DNA of 64,000 nucleotides from Eledone cirrhosa (Eukaryota): NCBI GenBank assembly GCA_964016885.1, contig OZ024741.1, positions 321,718,001 to 321,782,000 of the forward strand, read 5' to 3'. Shown piece by piece: positions 1 to 11,099 of this stretch (position 1 is its first letter; each line of letters starts with the position of its first letter). The notes under the pieces were generated by a model. It saw only the letters and a program-made list of their open reading frames with translations, ran no database searches and was not told where the DNA came from. The position numbers and the translations under genes were made by a program.

Positions 1-192
1 AATAGACAAAAACAAAAACATCAAACAACTACAATACCTTCTTCCTCCCATCATCATCACTTTAACTACCACCACATCCACCTCTTTATTTCTTACTCTG
101 CTGTGTTCGCCAACAGAATTACTCACCAGACTATTACTCTGCAGGTGCAGGACAGTGGAAAGAGTGCAACATATCCAGACTGTCATACTGCA

Positions 193-3100
193 TCACATAC
201 TATTTATCATTGCAAGTCTTAGAGAGCAGTATGGATCTTCAATGAGGTAGAGACATGGTATAACTGCAAAAATATATCTGTAGGTTGTTAGTAGATGATC
301 AAACAACTATCTGTGTATCATAGGTTTGCTTGATTGGAACTGACCTGAGGCTACACAGCAAGGGCTACTAGATCAATTTAATAAAATTAGCACAAAAATG
401 TCAAATAGTAGCATATTACAATAGAAAGAAGTCCAAAATTAAAATGTTGCTACTAAATATATATGTATACAAATTATAGACTAACTAGTTTAATACTGAT
501 ATACATAGCTTCTACTACAGTAGTAAAGCACTCTTCACACTACTAACCCAGCACCACCGGGGCCCGTTTCCACATCTCACAATAATTAAACACACTATGT
601 GATGACAAACTATCAACTTCTTGATGAAAAACATTCCCATACCACTGAGAAAAATCTACCTATGGGCATTGATTAAAAAAACCGATACATTTGTGAAACG
701 CTTACAAAGGCATGCATACTTCTATGACAGGCACCACCACACACAGGAGCCTGACCAAGAGGATAAATACGGCTTCAAAATCTTCAGGACACCACACTGA
801 ACCCCCTGCTCTCACCTTTCATGGCCGATCTATTCAACCTGGTCGAAGGAGTTAAGTTCAAACACCACACAAACCGATTCCAACAACTCTGCAATGATAT
901 ATGCGAGTACCGAAGCACTGACAATATTTTCGTGTACTCTGACAAAACCAGCAACTTATACTTTGTCAACCAAGATAGTCACCATTCTCTGATTAAAAAC
1001 AGTCTGACCTCTTACAAAACGTCCAACCCATATATGATCCAGGAGATTAATGCTAAAGGACACAATATCACCTCCAACCACAGCATCCATGATTGAATTG
1101 AACCTCTTGACAAACATATTACTTATTTCACTCTCAAGGACCATAAATCGGACTTTGACAGCAAACCCACCATCCGGCTCATTAACCCGACGAAATATGA
1201 CATAGGAAGTATCAGTAAAAGGATCCAGGATATAAAAATAACCCAGGTCAAGGAACAAGCAAGGCTCAGCTTATGGACTAACACACATAGGGCCATATCC
1301 TGGTTCTGAGGTATCACTAACAAAGAGAAAATTACTATGCCTCAATAATTCAACCACTCCTGGAGGCCGTTATTGATTATGCCCGAAATATCACACCAAC
1401 CAGTGATCAAGAAATTGACATCATATTCCATGCCAAGAAGATGGTCCTGTTCTTTGAAAACTCTACCTAGATAAAAAGGTCCACAAACTCATCCTTCGAT
1501 ATTAGTATGGGAGCAACCAGCTTGGCAAGGGGGCCTATACTGAGATGATGGGCTCATAACCCTAGCAGTACAGAATGGGTACGCAAACAACTTATCATAT
1601 TCCTCCAGGAATTAGGATTTAAAGTAACCATACAGATATCCCTCACCTGTACCAACTTCTTGGATGTTACCCTAAATTTGGCAAACCAACTGCACCTCTA
1701 CTTCCAGAAACCTAATGAAACCCTACATTACATAAATAGATATTTGAACCACCCAAGGACAATCACCAAAAAGTTGGTAAAAACATCACCCTCCGTATTT
1801 CATGCCTGTCTGCCACCGAGCAAATTTTTCATGAACATGTGATACATTACAACTTGGCACTAAAGAAAAGTGGATTCAAAGAAGGATTTACCTACTACCC
1901 AAGCCCCAACCGTGGAATTAACAGGCGGTGCTGCCGCACATGCAATATTACCTGGTTTAATCCTCCTCACAATGTTAAGGTCACCTTCCTATTGGGAAAG
2001 TCTTCTTCAAACTTTTCAACAATGTAAAGAGTTAAAGTAATTCTCAGGGAGATTCAAGATGATAAAAAAAGGAGAAAGAAAAACCATAAACTTACAGATC
2101 GACCTCTTCTTTCCAATATGTAAATCACAATCATGAGCAAAGTAATTCATGATAAGGGGTGTGTCTTCAACTGGAAACTGTTCAGTAAAATCATAATAAA
2201 AACTTGTTAATTACAAACCTTATAATTAATATGAATAGTAATCATGAATATGATGCTGCTGTTGATGGTGGTGGTGATGATGATGGCTATGGCGGTGGTG
2301 ACAATGGTGAGGATGATAATTATGATGTTATTGGTGTGATGATGATGATGTTTTCTCTGGAGTTGTCCCCCTCTCTTTCTTCTCCTAACCAAATCTCACT
2401 TACCTTTCCACTGGTAGATTTAAATAAGCTGTTGAACTTCATATGTAAGCTGTTTAAACCAGTCGAAAGCATGAACTTGATGGCAGTCAGAGATTGCTTG
2501 AGGTCGAACCCATAGCTAACATCAATCTGGTTGAACAGCACTACAGAAAACATCGAACAGACAAGAAATGCTGCAAACCCAAAAAGAAAAAGAAAAAAAG
2601 AGGATAGGATAGTCACGAATGGAAAACATTTGATCATTGGTTAACTTGATCAGGTGTGAATTAACAATGACATAACTTGAGCCAATGAGGGAGCCTATAT
2701 GTGATTACACGATATGCTAGAAATAGCAGGTTATGTAACCAAATCATCATCATTTGCTGCCTCCAAAAGTGCATGTATAGTACATAGAATAATGTACAAA
2801 AGTCAGGAAAGTGAACAGTGTATGGATCATGATACACATACGTGTGTGTATGTATGGAGGGGGAATATCAGGTAATTTAGACTAGACCATTTATAGACAT
2901 TGTCTCACCAGTGCCTCAGTGGCTGACCCATATTTTTTTTACCCTGAATCATACTCCCCATACATGTCTTAGAAAGAAGTTTTTATTAATGTTTTATATA
3001 ACCAAAGAGCTTTAAGACTTTGCTTTTGATGATGCACATTATAGGAACTAATTTAGCAGCTTCTAGTAGATCCACAATTTTTATATGGTCGAATAGTAAC

Positions 3101-4765
3101 CACATAATAGGTGCAAATTGGAGTCATTAGAATGTGGGATAGAATACTTTATGGTATTTGTTCTGAGTTCAAATCCCGCCAAGGTCAACTTTGCTTTCCA
3201 TCCTTTCAAGGTCGATAAAAAAAAGTACCAGTCAAGTACTCTGGTCGATTCTTCCTCTATATCTCTTTCTCATTTTCCTCTCTCTCACTTTCTATCTTTC
3301 TCTGGAAAAAATCTGCTGTACTCAAACCTGGAGTGGGATGGGCTCTGCCAGGCTTAAAAATGCCCAAGAAATATTGTCTGTCAATATGGTGCCCCTACGA
3401 CTGTATTAGGAGTTACGGGACTAAGGAAGGAAGGAAGGAAGTAACCACATAAAGATTAGATAAGTCTAAGAATCAATAGGAATGTTTAAGAAAGTATTGA
3501 AAAGTATGAGAAATAATAAGTGCAAAGTTGGTAATAGGCCAAGGTCGGATGTGAAATATAGGCCCCATTTCAAATTGTTCATTATGTATTTTAGTAATTA
3601 GTGCATAATATATATGATTTATATATTGGTCACAGGTGTGGCTTTGTGGTTCATGAGTTTGTGTTGTGTCTTTGAGCAAGACACTTTATTTCACATTGCT
3701 CTAGTCCATTCAGCTGGCAAAAATGAGTTGTACCTGTAATTCGAAGGGCCAGCCTTGTCACATTCTGTGTCACGCTGAATTTCTCTGAGAACTACACTAA
3801 GGGAATGCATGTCTGTGGAATACTCAGCCACTTGCATGTTAGTTTCAGGAGCAGGCTGTTCCGTTGATATTATCAACTTGAACACTCGTCGTTGTAACTG
3901 ACAGAGTGCCATTTAAAAAAAAAAGCAGGCATGTACATGTAAGGTACGTATTTTCATGTAACAGAATAGAACAAAAGAAACAGAATTTAAGGTGTGTTAG
4001 CCTACTCAAAATACTCAGCACAATTAATGCACCGCCTCACACAGAACTGGTCATTTAACAAACAAACCTTTTCATATTCGTGGTTTCTTTTAGACCTAAG
4101 TCAGCTTTGATCAAGCATACTTATGAACAAAGCATTCCAGGCATAACTATCCCATCTGATTTTTGAGACAATACATCTAGGACTACATTATTCAATGTGT
4201 CTTACTTTTTTTAAGAGGGTAAGATGTGGTTTAAAGGGAATTTGGCTGCTGTTTCTAGCAGGTCAGTCTACGACAAAATAACAACAATGGCAAACTCTCA
4301 GCTAATCATATTCCTTAAACCTGTAACTCCTGATAGAGTTGTAGGGGTGCCGTAGTAACATATGGTGTTTCTTGGGCATTTTAAACCTGGCAGAGCCCAT
4401 CTCCTCTCCATGTCTGAATACAACAGATTTCTTCCAAAGAAGGAGAGAGAGAGTGATAGAGAGGAAGTAAGAAAGAGATATTGAGGAAGAATCAACTCCA
4501 GTAGTAGAGTGGTACTTTTTTATCGACCTCAGAAGGATTAAAGGCAAAGTTGACCTCAGTGGGATTTGAAATTAAGAAAGCAGAGAGGTGAAATGAATAC
4601 TAGAAAGCATTCTATCTGATGTTCAAATAACTCTGCCAATTCATTCACTGCTAATCAACTATTAATTATTAAATGTAAATAAACTAGGAATAAAACAACA
4701 ACAATATTTGGAAGAAGCAGGAATATAACGAGAATTCAGAGTGCTAACTTACCAAGAAGTTTCAT
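193..4765 (-). CDS. Spliced gene for a small secreted precursor (~110 aa), product unknown; coding exons 4765-4753, 2570-2404, 2177-2096, 263-193
   Basis: All introns are GT(AAGT)..CAG and the phases match (1,0,1). Joined frame: MKLLAFLVCSMFSVVLFNQIDVSYG-FDLKQSLTAIKFMLSTGLNSLHMKFNSLFKSTSGK-FPVEDTPLIMNYFAHDCDLHIGKKRSI-FIPCLYLIEDPYCSLRLAMINSM*. Hydrophobic N-terminus and Kozak-like accatcATG. The last exon is the least certain. Confidence 0.65.
640..2027 (+). mobile_element. Decayed Penelope-like retroelement (RT remnants), inside intron 3 of the minus-strand gene
   Basis: Frameshifted fragments SDKTSNLY, LKDHKSDFDSKPTIRLINP, RDDGL, FLDVTLNL, YINRYLNHP and ITWFNPP match PLE reverse transcriptase motifs. 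Confidence 0.75.
2770..2880 (-). mobile_element. 3' UTR fragment of the CR1-like LINE family
   Basis: Reverse complement resembles 9770-9870 and 63730-63830. Confidence 0.6.
3150..3425 (+). repeat. SINE copy (B-box-like GAGTTCAAATCC; core CTTTCCATCCTTTCAAGGTCGATAAA..GTACCAG)
   Basis: The same core recurs at ~4310-4570 (inverted), 14745-14920, 15370-15485, 16310-16490 (-), 17995-18175 (-) and 53065-53190. Confidence 0.75.
3630..3912 (+). repeat. Second SINE family (GTGTCTTTGAGCAAGACACTTTATTTCAC core)
   Basis: Related copies at ~7195-7305 (-), 53560-53670 and 53850-54010. Confidence 0.6.
4308..4572 (-). repeat. SINE copy, inverted paralog of 3150-3425
   Basis: Reverse complement aligns with 3150-3425, including the TC-rich middle and the tail. 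Confidence 0.7.
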
Positions 4766-4805
4766 GATGGTGGTATCTAGTGTTTGTCTCCGTAACGATT
4801 AAAAG

Positions 4806-4837
4806 ACTGAGAATAATTTGTTTATCTGTTATTTATA
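4806..4837 (-). promoter_or_regulatory. TATA box plus initiator of the secreted-precursor gene
   Basis: Minus-strand TATAAAT (4837-4831) lies 29 nt upstream of the A of a TCAGT initiator (4808), which is 43 nt upstream of the ATG. Confidence 0.55.
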
Positions 4838-4862
4838 TATATATATAAACACACACACACAC

Positions 4863-4893
<31 letters not shown>

Positions 4894-5364
4894 TATATAT
4901 ATACACACACACACACATATACATATATATATATATATATAAAAGTGTGTGTGTGTAGCTTATCAAAAACAGGCATGTGAAGTGAAAGATGTTCAATAAA
5001 TCACCTGTTATTTTGGCAAAATTTTCACATGCTTCTGTCCAATGATTGGTCCAATTTCAGAGAAGGATTTCTTTAATTCCCTTCTGTAACAGTACTTTAG
5101 CTTTAAGTAAGCACAAACAAATTGTTTACAAAAATTATATAATCCTGCCCCAAAAGAAATAAGATAAATAGGAAAAATTGACATATATTTGAGACAGTAA
5201 CAAAATGATTATTGATGATAAAATGGGATGTTTTTCTAAAGATATATTTATTAATATCATGTTGTTCTCAGTGTTTACTATTTTTAAATTGTATAGATGT
5301 GTAATATTGCTGTGTATGAATGGTAAAGTATAGAGGAGCTGAGAGAAAAACCAACCCTCATGTT

Positions 5365-6009
5365 CGGAAATCGGGTTCCTATGACTCATCATCAGTGGTA
5401 ACTCTCGCCAGCAATCTGGTTCGATTTCAAGACTCTTGAGGATGTCCTAGTCATCGTTCAGCAACGCTGGCACCATTTTTGTGCAGATCTTCCGCATGCC
5501 TAAATCTTTGGTGATAATTTTTCAAACACTGTCATGGTTCATGCCCAGCTCACTTAGCAACAGTTAGCTGATGATTGCAACACACCACCTGCCTCACACA
5601 TTCAGCATTGGCATAAGTCCTGCTAATCGAAGGCCTTTCGCTCCTGGAGTCGTCTTCCACATCCTTGTGTCCCTCTTTGACCTTTTGCGCCTCATGAAAA
5701 CCCATGAGTGCAACATCGTTTCATCTCTGTAGATTTGCTGCAGTATTCCGAGTGTTTCTAACAGAGTTTTCCCCAGCCAGACCAGAAACTTCAGATTGGT
5801 TCATTGCTTTGTGCCCACCACTCGACGGCCTAATATTGGGGAACTATGAACAAAAGCACGTGAAAAAAAAAAAATAGAATGGCTGCAGAGAACTGAGATC
5901 GCAGTTAAATACTCCCTGCATATTACGTCACATAGTGACACAACTTGCTAATCCCTGCCCCACTCATAGCTCAAACAGCACACTAAGTCCTGGAACTTTT
6001 TTGACACAC

Positions 6010-6015
<6 letters not shown>
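5365..6015 (-). mobile_element. Mariner-family DNA transposon relic (5' TIR and N-terminal transposase)
   Basis: Terminal TA-TGAGGTGTGTCAAAAAAGTTCC on the - strand; decayed MRKICTKMVP (WVP-like motif) and ITGD-ES-like segment. Confidence 0.65.
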
Positions 6016-6095
<80 letters not shown>

Positions 6096-6688
6096 ATACT
6101 TTGGGAGGGTCATGTTGCCAATAAGAAACACACACACCACTTGCTTTCACTTCAATTTATTATAATAAATTTATAAATTTAGGAATTTATAAATTTATAT
6201 CGGTTTCAACACACGTTTTCAGATAAAGAATCTTGCTAAACAAATTCAGAAACGAAATATATATATATATATATAACTAAATATGTACACTTTTCTTCTA
6301 GTTTATTTTACACCTAATTCTGTTTAGTTGACTGTATATCTGGTCGATTTATACATGCTGTCGAAATACTCGATAAATATTCCGTCGCAACCGCCGCGAA
6401 GGGCTGCTTTCGGTTATTTGTCGGAGATTTCTTCATAGGAGCCTTTATTCTTATAGCTTGGTCTAATTGATTTTTTATATGGTTAATTATGCTAATTGGG
6501 AGAGGAAACGGTATATATTTTATCTGGTGATTCTATAGACATGTTTTATGATATATATATATATATATACATACATATATATATATATACATACATATAT
6601 ATGGAAAGTTATATTTAAATTGTTGGGTTACAACTAGTAAATATTTATAACTGATATAAAAGCACTCAACAAGTATTTGGAGTATATT

Positions 6689-7050
6689 TACGATATTAAA
6701 TAAATGGAAACTATATTTATAAAACCATATCTATTTCATTATATATATTTCAGGGATATCATATTAACAATATGCTATGCCTTCCTCAGACAAAATACAA
6801 TATAGACAGTTTTATAGATAAATAGATTTGACATACCGTTCAACATCGACTTGTATTTGAAAAGTTGATATATCAACTTTTCAAATACAAGTCGATGTTG
6901 AACGGTATGTCAAATCTATTTATCTATAAAACTGTCTATATTGTATTTTGTCTGAGGAAGGCATAGCATATTGTTAATATGATATCCCTGAAATATATAT
7001 AATGAAATAGATATGGTTTTATAAATATAGTTTCCATTTATTTAATATCG

Positions 7051-7052
<2 letters not shown>
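6689..7052. repeat. Perfect spacerless palindrome, 182-bp arms
   Basis: Centre at 6870/6871 (aaagttgata|tatcaacttt). The arms read as exact reverse complements. Confidence 0.9.
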
Positions 7053-7084
<32 letters not shown>

Positions 7085-7899
7085 GCGACAGTCGATCGAC
7101 TTTCGTCAAATCGGATAGAGAAAACAATGTTTCCATTAGTCTTTCCAATTGCTAATACTCTCTATTGGTCGCAACTCCAGGTAGAAGGAGCAACGTGGAA
7201 TAAAGTGTCTTGCTCAAGGACATAACGTATCGCCTGGTCCAGAAATCAAACACACAACCTCACGTTTGCAAATCCAATTCTCTAACCACTCAGCCACGCG
7301 CCTTCACTTATGTATAACATCGTCAGACAAAATGTATAGATGTAGAGTGCTTTTGATATATTGGCGGTCAAACGATCTAGACAGATCGGTGAAAACCAAG
7401 CATATGATTAGAAAAAAAACCCCAACACAGGAGATGTTACGTGAGTGGGAGAAAAATACAATTTTACTTAACGTTTTTGAAATGATTTAAAATATGACGT
7501 AATTAGATTAGTATAAGATAAATAAATATAGGCCGTTAGACAGTTTATATGTTACTTATATTAGCTTAAAATAGATACTATACTAAAATATATATTTATT
7601 ATATCAAAGGTAAAATATTCTAGGATGCAAGAATCATATTGTAACTAAATAAAGAAGAAAAATTAGGATTACTAAATTCAAAGGTAAATTATCTATGTTT
7701 ATGTATAACTTAAATTAGTATTATATGAGTGGAAAGATATTTATCAATTGGTATGGCTTTTTTTTTTTATATAACTGATATGGTTATAACGCTATGAGAT
7801 AAATTATTCAGTTCAAAAGAAGAAATGCAATTACAGTGGCGTAATTTATCTTTTCAACAATTATATTTAAGTAAGTATTATACGAATAGAGGAAAAACA

Positions 7900-9933
7900 T
7901 CCTAAAAGTTCAATTTGGGAGACTGCAGCAATCCGTCTTGCCAGAAAAGAACGTCGTAATGCTGAACGTGAGTACAAACTGCATAAATCAGATATCAATA
8001 GGAAGAAGCGAAATAAATCATCCAACCATCTCAGACGGGTGACAAAAAAGGCAGTGCTTCAATTTGAGCAGCGCATAGCAACCAGCCCTGACAGTAAGGT
8101 GTTCGGGAAGTATGTTCACTCAAAGTAGAAGCCTCACTCTCCAGTTGGTCCTCTTCGCAATCCCCACACAAGCCAGGTTACTGACGACCTCAAGGAATGC
8201 GCAGAGTACATTGGTGAATGCGATGCAGGCATTTTCACTATTGAAGACCAGAGTGTACCGTTTCCACCACCTCTGACATTACAACTATGGAATTTACACC
8301 TGCAATGCTGCAACGTCACCTTAAAATAAACGCAACCATGCCTCTCCTGGTCTTGATGGTGTTACGTACCTGCTTCTCAAACGTGGTGGGTACTTCCTTC
8401 TGCACCAGCTATCACGCTTCTTGCAATTCTGTCTGAACAGCGGAAAACTGCCAGTGTCATTCCTCTGTTCAAAAAAGGTGACCGCACATCACTTGTGAAC
8501 TATCGTCCAGTCAGTCTTACTAGCTGCATTGCCAAACTGATGGAATCCTGTGTCAGAGAAACGCTTTGGAACTTCTGGTACTCTTACAGTCTCATCTGGC
8601 CCTCACAATTTGGATTTATCCCTAACTCCAGCTGCTGTGATCAACTTATCGAGTTTCTTGACATCGCCTGGATCACTGATGGTGGCTCATGGGTGAATGT
8701 TATTTACCTTGACTTTTCTAAAGCTTTCAATTCTGTACCACACAAAAGACTTATGGCAAAACTCTCTGCAATGGGTATGAAGGGTGATCTTTTTAACTGG
8801 TTGAAGTCCTTCATTCTCAGTCGAAGAGAGGTAGTCACGGTTTTAGGACAGCATTCCTCACCATATGAGATGTCATCTGGTGTACCACAGGGATCTGTTC
8901 TTGGCCCCCTTTTGTTTGTGGTATATATTAATGACATAGATGCCAACTTAAAGAATGCCACAGTACTGAAATATGCAGATGACATCAAGCTGTACCTTGA
9001 GATAAAAAGGTCAGATCCTGAACACTATAGATCTTGCCTGCAGTCTGACCTGGACACAATGCAACAATGGATCACAGACTGGCAAATCAAGCTAGCTGTG
9101 GACAAGTGCGCCACAATGCATTTTGGGAGTAAAAACCCAGCGTCCACATACTCCCTCCACAACACTAATATCAAGAAATATTGACCTGGGCATTACGGTC
9201 AGCAGCGATTTGCGTTGGACGAAGCACGTCTCTAAAATTGTCAAGAAGGCCGAGGGTGTCTTAGCATCACTCAGCAAGACCTTTGTCAGCCGCTCTCCAG
9301 CTAACTATTTAAAGCTGTATATAGCTATGGTGCGGCCACACTTAGAATTTGCATCACCAGTCTGGAACCCCTATCTTGCTCAGAACATTGACCGCTTGGA
9401 AACTGTTCAGAGACGTGCAACCAAGCGAATACCCTCCATCAGGCATCTACCATACTCTGAACGCCTTGCTTCCCTCAGCATGGATACATTGAAGCTCCGA
9501 CGTCTGGCAACTGATTTAGTAAACACCCACAAAATTATTAACCATTTTGCCAACAACAACTCTGAGTACCTTTTTGATTTCCATGTGTCTAACACACGTG
9601 GGCATGCCAACAAAGTCAGAAAACAGCACAATTCCCATGACTTTCGGAAACATTTTTTCACGATCAGAGTTGCTGAAGCATGGAACAAACTACCTGCATC
9701 AGTTATTAGCCGTCGATACACTGCATCCTTTAAAACCTCCATGCTTCCTGACATTCGCCAACACTACACCAAATATTCCCCCTTCATACACACGCACACA
9801 TGTATATCATGACTCATACACTATTCACTTCCCTGACATTTGTATATTATTCTATGTATTATACATGCACCTTTGACGAGTTGTAGTGCACCTGAGTATT
9901 GTACACAATAATTTCATTATTATTATTATTATT
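7900..9933 (+). mobile_element. 5'-truncated, frameshifted CR1-like LINE (RT and 3' UTR)
   Basis: NYRPVSLTS, YLDFSKAFNSVPH, GVPQGSVLGPLLF, YADDIK, RPHLEFASPVWNP, RGHANK, FFTIRV..WNKLP; ends in an (ATT)n tail. Confidence 0.9.
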
Positions 9934-9959
9934 ATAAAATACGAGTCGTCTCCCCTGAT

Positions 9960-10260
9960 TATCGTCCAGCAGTGAGCTGCTCCAATGATAGGCTGATGGG
10001 CATCAGCGACGGTGAATGTTCATGTTTATTACTGTGAGCTTCTGTGGAGGGAGAGAGTACGGTATCTGTAAACTTTGATTGTAGAATCTTGGCAGCTGCC
10101 ACTGACTCCCCTCTATAACGGGGGTCGTTTACAGATGCCGGGATGACACTGACTTCTACTTCTGTGTCGATTAAGAATCTGACTAGAGATCTGATCATAG
10201 ACATACAGGACAGTTGATCATGTTTGCCGATTACCAGGGTGTTTATTGGTGGTTGGTCCT
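9960..10260 (-). mobile_element. Ty3/Gypsy aspartic protease remnant
   Basis: RFLIDTEVEVSVIPA resembles the retropepsin FLIDTGAEVSVIP motif; an LYVYD segment precedes it in another frame. Confidence 0.55.
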
Positions 10261-10419
10261 AGAGTTTCTCCTGGAGTCGATGATGAAGAGCTATTGAAGT
10301 TACAAGGTTACTTGGTATCTTTTGCTTAACATTTCTTATGAAAGAAACACCTCACTTTACGTGACCTCATTGTCTTGTGGTTGACCTCGTGGTGTTAATT
10401 CTCCCTCATTACACCCTAC

Positions 10420-10955
10420 TTTTCTTTTAACCTCTCTTTCCCTATTTCTTTAACCTGCTGTCTTCCCTCCTCTTTTCCATCGTTCCTTCCCTTGATGTTT
10501 CTCCTCCCCCTCTTCCAACCCATTCTTTCCCTACCCCCTTTTACTCCACTTCCTACCCTCTTTCTCCCTTTCTTGATTTCACCCACCACTTTACCCACAA
10601 CGTTACCCACAATAATCATTTTAGCTACCACTTTAACCACAATAATTATTTTACCCACCATTTTACCCACCATAATTATTTTATCTACCACTACCCACAA
10701 TAATTATTTTACCCACCATTTACCCACAATAATCCGTTTTGTATTTGGGGGGGAGCCGTTTTTTATTCGGGGGGGATCCGTTTTTTATTTGGGGGAGATC
10801 CATTTATTATTTGGGGGAGTCCGTTTTATATTTGGGGGGGATCCATTTTTTATTTGGAGGGGGTTCCGTTTTTTATCGGGGCTCCGTTTTTTATTGGGGG
10901 GGGGGTCTGTTTTTTATGGGGGTGGGGTTATTTGGGAGGGGGGTCTGTTTTTTGC
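10420..10955. repeat. Low-complexity minisatellites: C-rich (TTTTACCCACCA-like) switching to G-rich (~20-nt ATCCGTTTTTTATTGGGGGG-like)
   Basis: Visible tandem units; strand skew flips abruptly at ~10735. Confidence 0.8.
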
Positions 10956-11099
10956 AACTTTGAAAAGAAGTCAATTTTAAATTATTTCTGTTTACGAAAT
11001 TTAGTAGATAAATCATTGGGGGATCAAAAGTTAAAATAAGCTCGCCATTATATACTCTTTAGGAGGAAAGATGTGTGTGTGTGGATAGAGAGAAAAGGT

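Noticed and set aside
10416-11039. Several 60-160-aa ORFs
   Set aside because: They are translations of low-complexity minisatellite.
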